A stretch of 64,000 nucleotides of DNA from Candidatus Aldehydirespiratoraceae bacterium (GTDB lineage Bacteria; Actinomycetota; Acidimicrobiia; Acidimicrobiales; Aldehydirespiratoraceae). The position numbers were made by a program, and so were the translations under genes. Under the pieces are notes generated by a model, which worked only from the letters and a program-made list of their open reading frames with translations, did no database searches and was not told the DNA's origin. Location of the stretch: positions 1,017 through 65,016 of the forward strand of contig OZ243951.1 in the NCBI GenBank assembly GCA_965214565.1. The letters run 5' to 3'. Positions 7,848 through 19,800 of the stretch are shown here, one piece after another (within the stretch, counting starts at the first letter, position 1; each line of letters starts with the position of its first letter).

Positions 7848-10800
7848 CTAGTCGTTGTCTTTGATGGTGCCGGTGGCGTAGGTGAAGTTGAAGATGGTGG
7901 TGAAGGTGCTCTCGTAGGCGTACATTCTGATTGTCTCGTCACCTTCAACTGTGTTGTCGTCGATGATCGGCACAACGATCTCGACTTGGGTTTCTCCTGG
8001 GTTGATCGTGAATGTCCGGTAGGGGATGGTGAAGTCTTGGTTGTATTTGGCGGTGATGTCGAACGCGCCGTAGCCGAGTTTGATTTCTTGGTCGCTGGCT
8101 CTTGAGAGCGTCGCGACGAAACGCAGCCCTTGGGGGTCGCCTTCAGAGGCCGAAGCGTCGGCCACGGTCAGGGTTATCGGGCCTGACTGGGCTGGGGCGC
8201 CGTTGGACGTGTCGCCGTCGGATGTGTCGGTGGTGTCGGCGGCTGGGGGATCGTCGTCGTCGGAGATCGTGACCGTGGCGGCACCGTTGTTCGACGACAC
8301 GGTGTAGCCGTTGCCAGAGTTGATGGTGGCGGTGACCGTCCCGTCGGGTTCGTCGGTGCTGTCGTCGTTAGTCGCGATGATGAGGGTGTAGGTGCCTGAG
8401 GTGGGGATGGTGACGGTCTGGGTGCCGGTCGACGCGAAATCACCGCTCTGGGTGATCTTGACGGTCACGTCGAGAGCAGCGGAGGGCGCGGGGTCGGCGG
8501 TGATCGTGAACGTTGCGTCGTCGCCTTCGGTGACGTCAGCGCTGGCAGTGATGCTGATCTCGGGGACGTCGTTGTCGGCGACTGCGACGGTCGCCGTGTT
8601 CTGTGTGGATGACACGGTGTAGCCGGCACCGGTGTTGATGGTGGCGGTGACCGTCCCGTCGGGTTCGTCGGTGCTGTCGTCGCCGGTGGCGACGGTGAGG
8701 GTGTAGGTGCCTGAGGTGGGGATGGTGACGGTCTGGGTGCCGGTGGACGTGAACGCGCCGGTTTGGGTGATCTTGACGGCCACGCTGAGTGCTGTGTGCG
8801 GTGCAGGATCCGCAGTGATCGTGAACGTGGCGTCTTCGCCTTCGGTGACGTCTGCGCCGGCAGTGATGACTATTTCGGGGACATCGTCGTCTGACACGGC
8901 GACGGTCGCCGCGCCCTGTGTGGACGACACCGTGTAGCCGGAACCAATGTTGATGGCGGCAGCAACCGTCCCGTCAGGCTCGTCGACGCTGTCGTCGGTG
9001 GTGGCCACGGTCAGCGTGTAGCTGCCTGTTGTGGGGATGGTGACGGTCTGGGTGCCGGTGGACGTGAACGCGCCGGTTTGGGTGATCTCAATGGTGACGT
9101 CGAGATCGGCTGTGGGTGCGGGGGCAGCGGTGATCGTGTACGTGGCGTCGCCGCCTTCGGTCACATCTGTGCCTGCGGTAATGCTGATTTCGGGTTCGAC
9201 GGGCGGTGGGGCCGGTTTGGCGGTTTGGGCTTGTTCGATGCATTCCAAAGCCTCCCGGAACGGCCGCCATCCCGACCAGCGGGTTTCGCTTTGGCTTGCC
9301 TCGGCCGCGGTGAACGGTTTGAGTTGGGTGTCGGCAATGTCGCCGAACGCGATGAGCACTCGACGCCAGTTCTTGCCGTAGCCCGGAGCGCGGTGCTTGT
9401 TGAGGTCGTAGTATCTGCGGGCGAGTTTCAGCGTGTCGTCAGGAACACATTCGGGTGGCACAGCGGGCGGGTCGCTGCTGGTTTCATCCTCACCGGAGAG
9501 GTCGACGGTCGTGGTGGCGGCGAGGCTATCGAGGTACACGGCGGTTCCGCTGTCGGTGTCATATCCAGGGGTGACAGTGACAGTGACCGTGACGGGTCCG
9601 GCGATGCCGTGATCGAGCGTGTGGCTGGTCGTGGCGATGCCGTCGAACACGCCGGCGGACTGTGCGGTTCCGTCGGCGGCTTCGGCGCTGTAGGCCACGA
9701 GGTACTTGTCAGCGTCCGCTACCGCATCCCAGGAAACGTCGACGCTGGTACCGCCGCCGGTTGCGAGCGTGAGGTTCGCGACGACCGCCGCCGGTTCCGG
9801 CGGCGCCTCGGCGGGCTGTGGGACATCCCGGGACGGGCTATTCTGCGGTGTGTGCTGGTTCGTGTACTGACGGCGCAAAAACGGACAGTCGGAGGGCCAA
9901 TGGAACCGGCCGCTGGAGACGTAATGGGTTTGTAGATTCAAGGTGTCCGCAGTGACGACCGGGGCGTTCGGGTTGCCCCACTCGCGCATATGCCATGTGT
10001 ACGGACCGCCGGGGGTCTGCTTAGAAAAGTACACCAGCCGATAAAACTTGGTGGAATCCAGGTCGCGGTACTGGCCGATCTCGAACTCCTTAGGATAGTG
10101 GCGGAACACCTCGCCGAGGCTGAACGCCCGCATCTTGTCCACCGTCGCCCGCCGGAACCCACCACCAGTCCCGGAATGCACCACGTCCGCGCACTGGGTG
10201 CCCTCAACGTGCAGACTGCGGGTGTTGTGCACCCAGATAACCCGATAACACTTCCACGAAATCCGTGTCTGCGTGTGCCGGTCACCACCGTAGCCACCGT
10301 CCCAACAACCCGCAGCAGTCGGCTCGCCGTCATGGAACGTGAACGTCAACGACTGTTGTGGCGTGCCGTTCCGCGTGAACGAGATCCCCGTGAACGTCAA
10401 CGGGTCATACCCGGCGATCTGAGTCACGTTGATCGTCACCGTCACATCACTCGCAGGTTGTGACGACAGGCGCACGAAATAGTCCAGCACCTCCCCCGGG
10501 GTGATATCAGGCGCAGGACCCAACCCCGGCGTCGACGTCAACGTGTTCGGGCGGAAAATCCCCCACCCGCGATTAGCCCGCTTATGCGCGTTGTACGCAG
10601 CCTCGTCATAGGTACGGCGATACTCGAACACCTCCAACTCCGGCGCGTCGGTCACCAACACCGACACAGTGCCCAGGCTGGAGCTGCTGTAACCGCCGCC
10701 GGACGCGGTCTGCGTCAAATTGAACCTCCGGTTGCGATTATCGCTGGGCTCGTCGACTGCGGTGACGGTAACCTGCTGTGGTTCGGTGTAGTTCGACGCC

Positions 10801-13800
10801 GTGAACGTCAGAGTCGCCGGACTGATCGTCGCCGCCCCCGAACCCACCGACTCGATCACCGTGAACGTCGACGGATCAAACACCGCCCGGCCCGCCGCGG
10901 TGCCGATTGTGACCGTCGTGGAGCCCCCCGACGGGGCGGTGGTCAACCGCACGCAGTAAGTGGTCTTGCCGCCGTTCTCGGTGATCCTGAGACTCGACAC
11001 GCTCAACACGGTGCTCTGCGCCGAGCAGGCCGAGGCGTCGTCGTCGTCGATGGTCAGATCCACCTCCGAGGACGCCGAGACGACCATCGCGCCGCCGCCG
11101 GTCACCACCGTCCCCGAACCCGTGCCCGTCACCACGTTCAACGTCGCGGTGATCTCCTCGTCGGAGGTATCGCCGTCGTCGCCAGCTGCGGTGGCGATCG
11201 GTGTGAGCGTCACCGTCGCGGTCTGCACGGTGTTGGAGTCCGAGCCGGTGAACGTCACCCGCGCCGTCGTCGAAGTCGCGTTGGCGAGCGCCACACCAGT
11301 GCCCGACGCGGTGACCGCGAAGTCCGGGGTGGCGTGGCCGGGCAGCCGGGCGCCGGTGCCCGAAGCCAGCGTGATCGTCGCCACCACCGACTCGCCCGAG
11401 ATCAGCGGGCGGCCCAACGACACCGTCAGCGTCGCGGTGTCAGAAGCGTCCTGCTCGCTCATGGCCGTGTCCGATGCCGTCAGCGTCACCTCGGTTGCCT
11501 CGTCGTCGGTGATCCGCACCTTGTCGGATCCGTTGGTGCCCGAAACGGTGTATGAGTCGGTGCTCGAGCAGCCAGCGGTGCTCGACGGCACCGCGGTGAC
11601 GGTGATGACGCTGTCCAAATCATCCGCAGCGGTGTCGGTCCACGCCACGTCGATCGACCCGGTCTGCACGCCGGCTTGGAAGCTGACGGTTTTGATGCCC
11701 TCGTCGGCTGCGGCGACCCGGTCAGTGTCGCCCGACTCTTCGACGCGCACGCATACCGTCAGAGCGGTCGCGGGCTGGGCGTCCAATGTCAGCGGGAACG
11801 AAACGGTGGCGTCGGCCTCGGACTTTTCGACCTCGTCGTCGTCGTTGCGGTTCTCGCCCTCGCCGGTCATCAGCCGCACTGAAACCTCAGGTCCCGTCGC
11901 GGAGGGGTCGATCTTGAACACCGGCGACATCGCCAACATCCGCAGCTCGGTGGTGTTTACCGTGTTTGCCGTGTGGTCGAGCGGCGTGTTGCCCAACGTA
12001 TCCATGCTTCCGAATCTGGGATTGCTGTCACCGAGTGTGTGGCCGCTCACCTCTACGCCGGCGTCGCTGCTGCCTGTCCAATAGATCGACATTTGCGCCG
12101 TGGCCGCTTCGTTGGTGGCGTGGCTTCTGTTGTTGGTGCCGGTGTCCCAGGAGGCGTCGTAGAAATCGAAATAGTTGTCGGCCACTTTGTCTGTCGACGG
12201 CGCAGCGAGCCAATAGATCTTGGTGCCGCTGTCCGAATCGCTGGTAGATCTATCGGTGTAGCCGCCTGCGTTGGAGTTCAGCGCCGGGTCCCACATGGCG
12301 GTGTTCTCGCGTGCATCCACGGTGGCGGTGCTGGCGATCACCGACACCAGCCCCGAGTAGGGCAACAGGGCGGCGTGGCCGTGCTCGGCGACCACCAGCT
12401 GGGCCCAGTCGTTGTAGGCGTCGATGTCGGTGGAGACGGCGGTGCGTCTCTGCGAAGTGATGAAGATCAGCCGGAACTCGTCGCCCGCGGACAAACCCGA
12501 CGGCGCCAACGCCCAGTCGGCTGCCACCTCAATATCGCCGGTGTCGTCGTCGACGAGTACGACGTTGATCGGGCCGCCGGTCTGCTCACCGACGTTGATG
12601 CCGCCGCTGGCGGTCGCGCCCGACCCGAAATCGACGATCACATACGGTTGGGTGCGGACATCATTATCAACCGGCGTCAACCGCAGCGTCGCCGTCGTCG
12701 CGCCCGCGGTGAACACCACCGCCGGATTCTGCGCCGAGTGCGGCCCCGACGTGTCCAACGCGACGCCGGTCTGCGTCGTCGGTGCCAACCCGAAGGTGTA
12801 ATCGGCAGTGACGGCCGCTCCGGTCACAGTCAAAGGCACCGTAAGCGTCTCAGAGCCGCTCAGCGGCCCGTCCAGCCTGAGGGTGATGGTGCGGTAGCCG
12901 GTGCTGTTGCCGGCGCCCTCCACCGCGTTGCCGTCGGCGTCGCCGTCAGAACCCAACATGGCCACGGCGACCGCCGAGGCGTCGTTATCGTTGACCCGCA
13001 CCTCAGCAGACGCAGCAGACGAGTCGATCCTGTAGTTGTCGCTGTTTTGCAGGGTAATGGTGATCGGCCCCGACGTCTCGACGATGAAATCCTCAACAGT
13101 CGGCACTGTGAACGTGGCCGAGCTCTGCCCCGCGGGCAGGGTGCGGGTGCGGTTCCCCTGCTGGCCCGCAGCAACGAAATCGGCGCCCGACGCGTCGGCG
13201 ATGCCCACGTTGACGGTGAGGTTGCGGTCTGGCGCGGTGCTGGCGGTGACGGTGAACTCTGCCGCGGTGCCCTCGGTGACCGCCGCGCCCGGCGTGATGC
13301 TCAGCGTCACGTCCTCGTCGTCGACGGTCGCCGCGACGCTGCCGGTTACCGACCCGTAATCGGCGCCCGACGACGAATGCGACAAAGTCACCGAATCATC
13401 GGTCAGATCAGTGTCATGCACGCCGCGCACCGTGACCTTGCGGCCGATATACCAGTTCGAAGCATCGAACTGCACCGAAGCCTGGTCGCCGTTCGTGCTG
13501 TCGTCGGCGTCGAGCGTCAACGTCGCCGATGTCTGGCCCGACACCGTCACCGTCACCGTCACCGTGCCCGACGGTTCCGTGGCGAGCCGCAGCCGATACG
13601 CAGCTGTGCCGCCCTCGTCCACCTCAACAGTGGACGGTACGACCAGACCCGGCGCCGTGCGGTCCTGATCCGCGATGTACAGCGTCGTTCGGTCAGGGGT
13701 TGCCGCGGTCGCCCGCGGCGTCTCACTGCTCGCGATCCTCACGACGATCGTCTCATCGGCTTCCTGCATGCTGTCAGCAATAATGGGAATGCTGATGGTG

Positions 13801-16800
13801 TGCGTGCCCGACGCGTTCCCCGAAGGGATCGTCACACTCGTCGACGGGGCGGTGTAGTCGCTGCCGTCAGTGGCGGTCCCCCCAAACGCCAGAGTCAAGT
13901 CGATTTGCTGCTCGGTTTGCTGGTTCAGCGTGAGATTCACATCGAAGGTGCCGCTGTCCTCAAGCACCCAATACTCCGGTTGCTCAAAACCGATCTCGAC
14001 GGCGTCATCGTCGATGATCGTCACAATCGTGACACCACGGGCCCGCAAATAGTCAGGCGAGGCAACGAGACCCACACGAAACGACTCCGAATCCTCGAAC
14101 ACCCCGTCCTCACGGGTCGCTACGTCAAAAGCCACCGACGTCTGCCCCGCGGGGATCATCACCGACGCCTCGCCCGCGGTGAAATCCTGCCCCGCGGTCG
14201 CACCGCCGCCCTCCTCGACGATGTAGGTGAGCGTCAGATCCGCGGTCGGCGCAGGACTGGCCATCAACGTCAACCTGACCGTCTCGCCCTCATTAGCCGA
14301 ACTATTTCCTCTAGTAAAGGCCACCTCCGGCATATCAGCCGACGCCACGGTCTTGACAATCTCCGACACCGCGTAGAACCGGTTCTCGCTGGCGGCCGCC
14401 TCAGTGCCAGACGACAAAGACTGCGACGCGCTGCCGCTGCCGACCCGCGCGCCTGGACCGTAAGCCGGCGTCGCGGTGCCCAGCGGGTTGGAGCTGGTGG
14501 TGCAGTTGTTGTTCATCCCCGTCCACACCTTCGCCCCGTCACCCACACTGCCGTCCTCGTGGCGCAACCGGGTGGCATCCGCAGACGACCACCGGCCGGT
14601 CCACGCCTGATTGCACAACCGCCAATAGCTCGACGACACCTGCTCGCCGCCCGTCCCCAGCCAATACAACACTGTCCCCGAGTCCCTCGCCCTCGTCGTG
14701 CCGTCGGCAAAGCCGCCCGAGCCGCCATTGGCCGACGTGTCCCAGATGCCGACGTGGTTGCGGCCGTCCACGGTCGCAGTCGACACGAACGCCCTGAAGA
14801 AGCCGACATAAGGCAGCAAATCATCCCCGCCGTTGGCGACCGCCGCAGCGCGCACGAAATGGTCGTAATCCGCGATGTCGGTCGACGTCGCCAGCCCGCC
14901 CTCAGACGTCATGAACATCAACCGGTACTCCGCATTGTTTAACACCGCAGGACGGAAAGCCGTGCCCGGCGGCAGCACGATGTCGCCCGTCTCGTCGTCC
15001 ACCAACACCACGCCGATCGGGCCGCCGGTCGGAGTGTCCAAAGTGACACCACCGGAGCCGCTGGGCGTGCCGTAATCGACGATCACATACGGCTGCGTGC
15101 GGTCCGAGTTGTTCACCGGCATCAAACGCAATGTCGCGGTCTGCGCCCCCGCCGCGAACACCACCGCCGGGTTCTGCGCGCTGTTCGAGCCGGATGTGTT
15201 CAGCGACACGCCCGTCTGCGTGCTCGGCTGCAACGCGAACGTGTAATCAGTCGCCACAGTCGCGCCGACGACTGTCAGCGGCACCGTCACCTGTTCCGAG
15301 CCGGTCAACGCCCGGCCCAGAGTGAGCGTGATGGTCCGGTAGCCGGTGGTGCCAGGGCCGCCCTCGACGGCGTTACCGTCGCTGTCGCCGTCAGAAGCAG
15401 ACATCGTGACCGCGACCGGCGGCGTGTCGTCGTCGGTGATCGTCACGGTGGTGGTCGCCGGCATGCCCACCGTGTAGCCGGTGCCGCTCGCCAGTGTCAT
15501 GGTGAAGGTCTCGTCGCCCTCCACCGTGCTGTCGTCGGTGATGTTGACGCTGAAGGTGTGAGACGTCATGGCGGCGGGGAACGTGAACGTTGTCGGCGGC
15601 GCGGTGTAGTCCGACGCCTCCGTCGCGGTCTCCGCCTGCGAGTCGAGGTTCACCGTCAACGCCGACGACGGCGCGCTGCTCGCGTTCACCGTCACATCAA
15701 CGCTGCCGCCGTCCTCCGCTGCGCTGTACGCCGCCGAAGCAAACGTCAGCTCCGGCGTCGCGGCGGCCTCGACTTTGAACACCGGCGACATGGCCAGCAT
15801 CGGCAACGAATCATCCGACATCGCAGATGTGTCAGACAGCGGATTGCCAAGCGAAACACGAGCAACCGACGGCATAGTCGCGCCAAGCCGACGCGTCATA
15901 TTTGGGTCTTTCCTCCCGTCGTGGATGTGGCTGCCAGTCCAGAACCCTGCCGTAACGGTACGCGCAGCACCCGACTCGACAGTGTCGGCGCCGGACTGGT
16001 CCGCGCCGCCGTCCCAGGAACCATCGAAGAAATCGAAATAGTTGTCCGCGACCTTGTCCGACGACGGCTCAGCCAGCCAGTACACCTTCACCCCGCTGCT
16101 CGACGCGTTCGCCGAGCCGTCAGCCCACGCGCTTCCCGTGTGCATGCCAGCATTGACACGGGCATCGACTGTTGTGGTGCTGCCCATCACCCGCACCAGA
16201 CCCGCGTAAGGCTTGAGGCCAGCGTGACCGCCCGCGGCGACCACGCCTTGGGCCCACTCGTTGTACACGTCAATATCGGTCGACTCCGCAGTCCGAGTCT
16301 GCGACGTGATGAACATCAACCGAAACTCATCACCCCCCGACAACCCCGACGGCAACAACGGCCAATCAGCAGCAACCTCAAAATCGCCCGTCTCGTCGTC
16401 CACCAGCACCACACCCACCGGGTCGCCCGACACGGCACCCAGCGCCGCACCCGACGCGCTCGGCGCCCGCGAACCAGTGCCGTAGTCGACGATCACATAC
16501 GGCTGTGTACGGACGTTGTTATCGACCGGCATCAAACGCAAAGTCGCGGTCTGCGCTCCAGATGCGAACACCACCGCCGGGTTCTGCGCGCTGTTCGTGC
16601 CCGATGTGTTTAGCGACACGCCGGTGTTCGAGCCGCTCAGCCCGAAGGTGTAGTCATTGCTCGCGCCGACCGTCGCACCGGTCACAGTCAACGGCACCGT
16701 AACCGACTCACTACCGGTGAGCACCCGACCCAACGTCAAGGTGATGGTCCGATACCCCGTCGCGCCGCTGGCGCCTTCCACAGCGTTGCCGTTGGCATCA

Positions 16801-19800
16801 CCATCAGACCCCGCCATCGACACGGTGACAGGTCCGGGGGCTTTGATCGTGAAATCCGCGGACAGCGACGCTCCGTAAGGAACCGCCTTGGTCGCGGACA
16901 GCGACCGGCGCAACAGCCGACGGCCGACGTTGAGGGTGACTGGGTCATCGGCGGTGATCGCCGACCCCGAATACGACAGCACCACCTCCAAAGAACGATG
17001 CTTGGGCTGGCCGTGTACGTCGCTCATGGCCGCACCGAGCTCGGCACTGTTGACCGTCAACCCTGTCGGCGCCCCGGTGAACGTCAACAACGCCAGACCC
17101 GAAGCCGTCAACGATCCGCCGCTTCGCAGATTCCCGGCGCCTCGGTCGCCGCCTTCGGGTCCTAAGCCGTCGCCGTCGCCGACGCCGAAGAACGTGACAT
17201 GCTCAGGCGTCAAGGTGAGCGTGACAGTGCCGCCGCTGGCGAACGCGGACGACTGCACCTGCGCGGGTGTGACGCCCAGCGTCGGGGTCGTGTCGGTGTC
17301 AGCCACCCGCACCGTCACATTCCCACTCAACGCGTTGAAATCGTTGTCCGACGACGACGTGCTGTGCGAAATCGTCACCATCCGCGCCCCGCCGGTGTTG
17401 ATGGTGTTGTCGTCCACACCCGAAACCGTGACCTCTTGTCCGGTGTCCCAGTTCGTTGTCGTGAACGTCAACGAAGCCGGGTTGACCGCCGCGCCCACTG
17501 CCGCGGTGATCGCCACCGTCACATCCGCCGACGGCGCCTTGTTCAACTTCACCTCGTAGGTGTCGGTGTGGCCCGATTCCTCGCTCACCGCCACCCCCTC
17601 GCCGACGTCGAACACCAAGGCAGCCGACGGCACCACCGTGACATCCACCTGCGGCCCGACCATGTTCACCGGATACCTCGAACTGGCAGTACCCGCCGAG
17701 CTCGACACAGAATGGGTGACACCCCCGGCGCCTCCGCTGCCCCCGTTGATCGTGACGGTTTGTGCAGACATCCAGTTGCCGGCGTTGAACGACACGGTCA
17801 CGGGACTGACAGTCAGACTGCCGGAACTGTTGACAGCAGTGACATGCAACGTCACCGCGCCGCCCGGGTTGCTCGCCAACCGGATCCCGTACTCGGCGGT
17901 GTCGCCCTCATTCACCGACACCGCAACCGGCACAACCACAATCTTGTGACCGGCGTCGACGGTGGTCGCGGTCACGCTGTTGATCGGAATCTGGTGATAC
18001 GGGTTGCCAGCATCCGATACCTCCGCCGCATGGGAGACGGTGACAGTCTCCGCGGCGGAGTCGCCGTCGTTGACGGCGCGCAGCGTCACCGTCTGCGCCG
18101 AGCTCCAGTTCCCGGTATTGCCGTGAGTGAAAGTCAGCATCGACTGGTCGCCGGCCATGTCGCTGTCGGTGTCCACCGCCACCGCCGTCGCGTCGCCCGA
18201 GGACACCGTCACCACCACATTCGCGCCCGGATCAGAGTCGAGCACCACCGTGTAGGACATCTCCGCATCAGTGGCGTGAAGCTCAGTCAAAGTGACAGCA
18301 GACCCAGAAAGCGTCACACCAGCGGTGCCGTCGTCGTCGTCGGTGAGGGTGATCGTGGTCTCGGCGGTGCTGCCTGCCCGGGCGTCGACGGCGAGGGTGC
18401 CGTCGAGCTGCACTTTGAACGTTTCGGTGCTCTCGGCGGTGCCGTCATCCACCAGGTCGATGGTGAGGGTCTTGGTCGTGTCGCCGGTGGCGAATTCGAG
18501 GTAGCCGGACTGGGCGGTGTAGTCGGTCGGGTGGGCTGCGGTGCCATCCGCGGTGGTCCAGTAGATCGACAGGGGCACCGCTGTGGTCCCGGTCTTGGTG
18601 ACGGTGACGCCGATTGTGCCTGCGTCCTCGGCAGCGACGGCCGTCGCCGAGGCGAACGCGACGTTGGGCAGGTCGGCTTTGTCGGTGATGATGCCGATGC
18701 CTGTGCTCTTGCCGGCGGCGAGGCCCGGCGCGTCGGTGCCCGTCGGGGTGCCGAGAGTGACCCGGAAGTAGTGGTCGCCCTCATAGGTGCTGTCGTCGGT
18801 GGTCGCCACGGCGATGGTCGCGGTGGTGGCGCCCTGGGCGATGGTGACGCTGCCGGCGGTGTCGGCGAAATCAGAGGCGTCGGCGACGATGTGAGCGGGG
18901 TCGGTGGCGATGCCAAGGCCGTGGGCGAAGGTGTAGGGCACGGTGATGCCCCCGGTGGGGGCGGCCTCAGACATCGTCACGGTGAAGCTGACCGCGCTGC
19001 CTTCGGCTGCGCGAGAACGCGGCGTGATCTCCACAGCGCCGCCGACCACCTCGAACACAGACGTGGACAGCGCGTACAGCGGGCGCATCTCGGTGGCGGG
19101 CTCTGCGTCGGTGCAGGCCGGCGTCCGGGCGCGTATCGGCCCCAGCGGCGAGAACCTGCTGGAGTCGTTGCCGTCGAGCTTGCCGACGTGCACATTCGGT
19201 TCGCCGACCTGGCCCCGGTTGTGACCGCCAGTGCCGCCGGAGCAGAAGGCGTGGTTCGTTCGGTGGCCCTCCTCGGTACCGCCGGTCCAGTAACCGTCGG
19301 TATCGACAGTCGCGGCGGTGCCGTCGGCGTGGCGCGGCGACTCGCTGTCCCACGTACCGTCGATGAAATCGGGGCTGGCGTTGTCGGCGACCTTGTCGCC
19401 GCCCACCCAGTAGATCGGGTCGTTCGGCTGAACTCCCTCGTCGATCCGGTACATGTTGAACTGCGCCCGGTCACGGGCGCCGTAGGTTCCGGTTCCCCCC
19501 CCGTCGCCGAGGGTCGTGACGAGCCCGAAGAACGACTCGGCGTGCGGGACGAGCTCGGGGACGCCGCCGCCTTTGAGCTGGGCGCCGGTGATCTCGGCGC
19601 GCACGAAATCGTCGTAGACGGACCCTTGACGGCTGGTGGCGGCGGTCTCGCCGTTGGTGACATACAGCAGACGGAACGTGTCACCGACACCGACGCCCGA
19701 CGGCAGCAGCGGCCAGTCGAGGGGCACCTCGACGGTCTCTCCTGTGCTCGGCGGGGCCGCGTCGTCGTCTGCGATGCCGTACCAGGCTTGCGCGTCGGCC

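Noticed and set aside
8250-9194. Regularly spaced repeats that might be mistaken for a CRISPR array.
   Set aside because: The units are 315 bp, contiguous with no spacers, in frame, and encode a Calx-beta-like domain. No cas genes are present.
11973-14942. 989-aa plus-strand ORF (and others: 17199-20456 at 1085 aa, 10584-11555, 10960-12084, 15558-16613) lying antisense within the giant gene.
   Set aside because: The translations are Arg/Gly/His/Pro-rich low-complexity strings with no recognisable motifs. Long antisense ORFs are expected in high-GC coding DNA. The minus-strand frame carries all the domain signatures.
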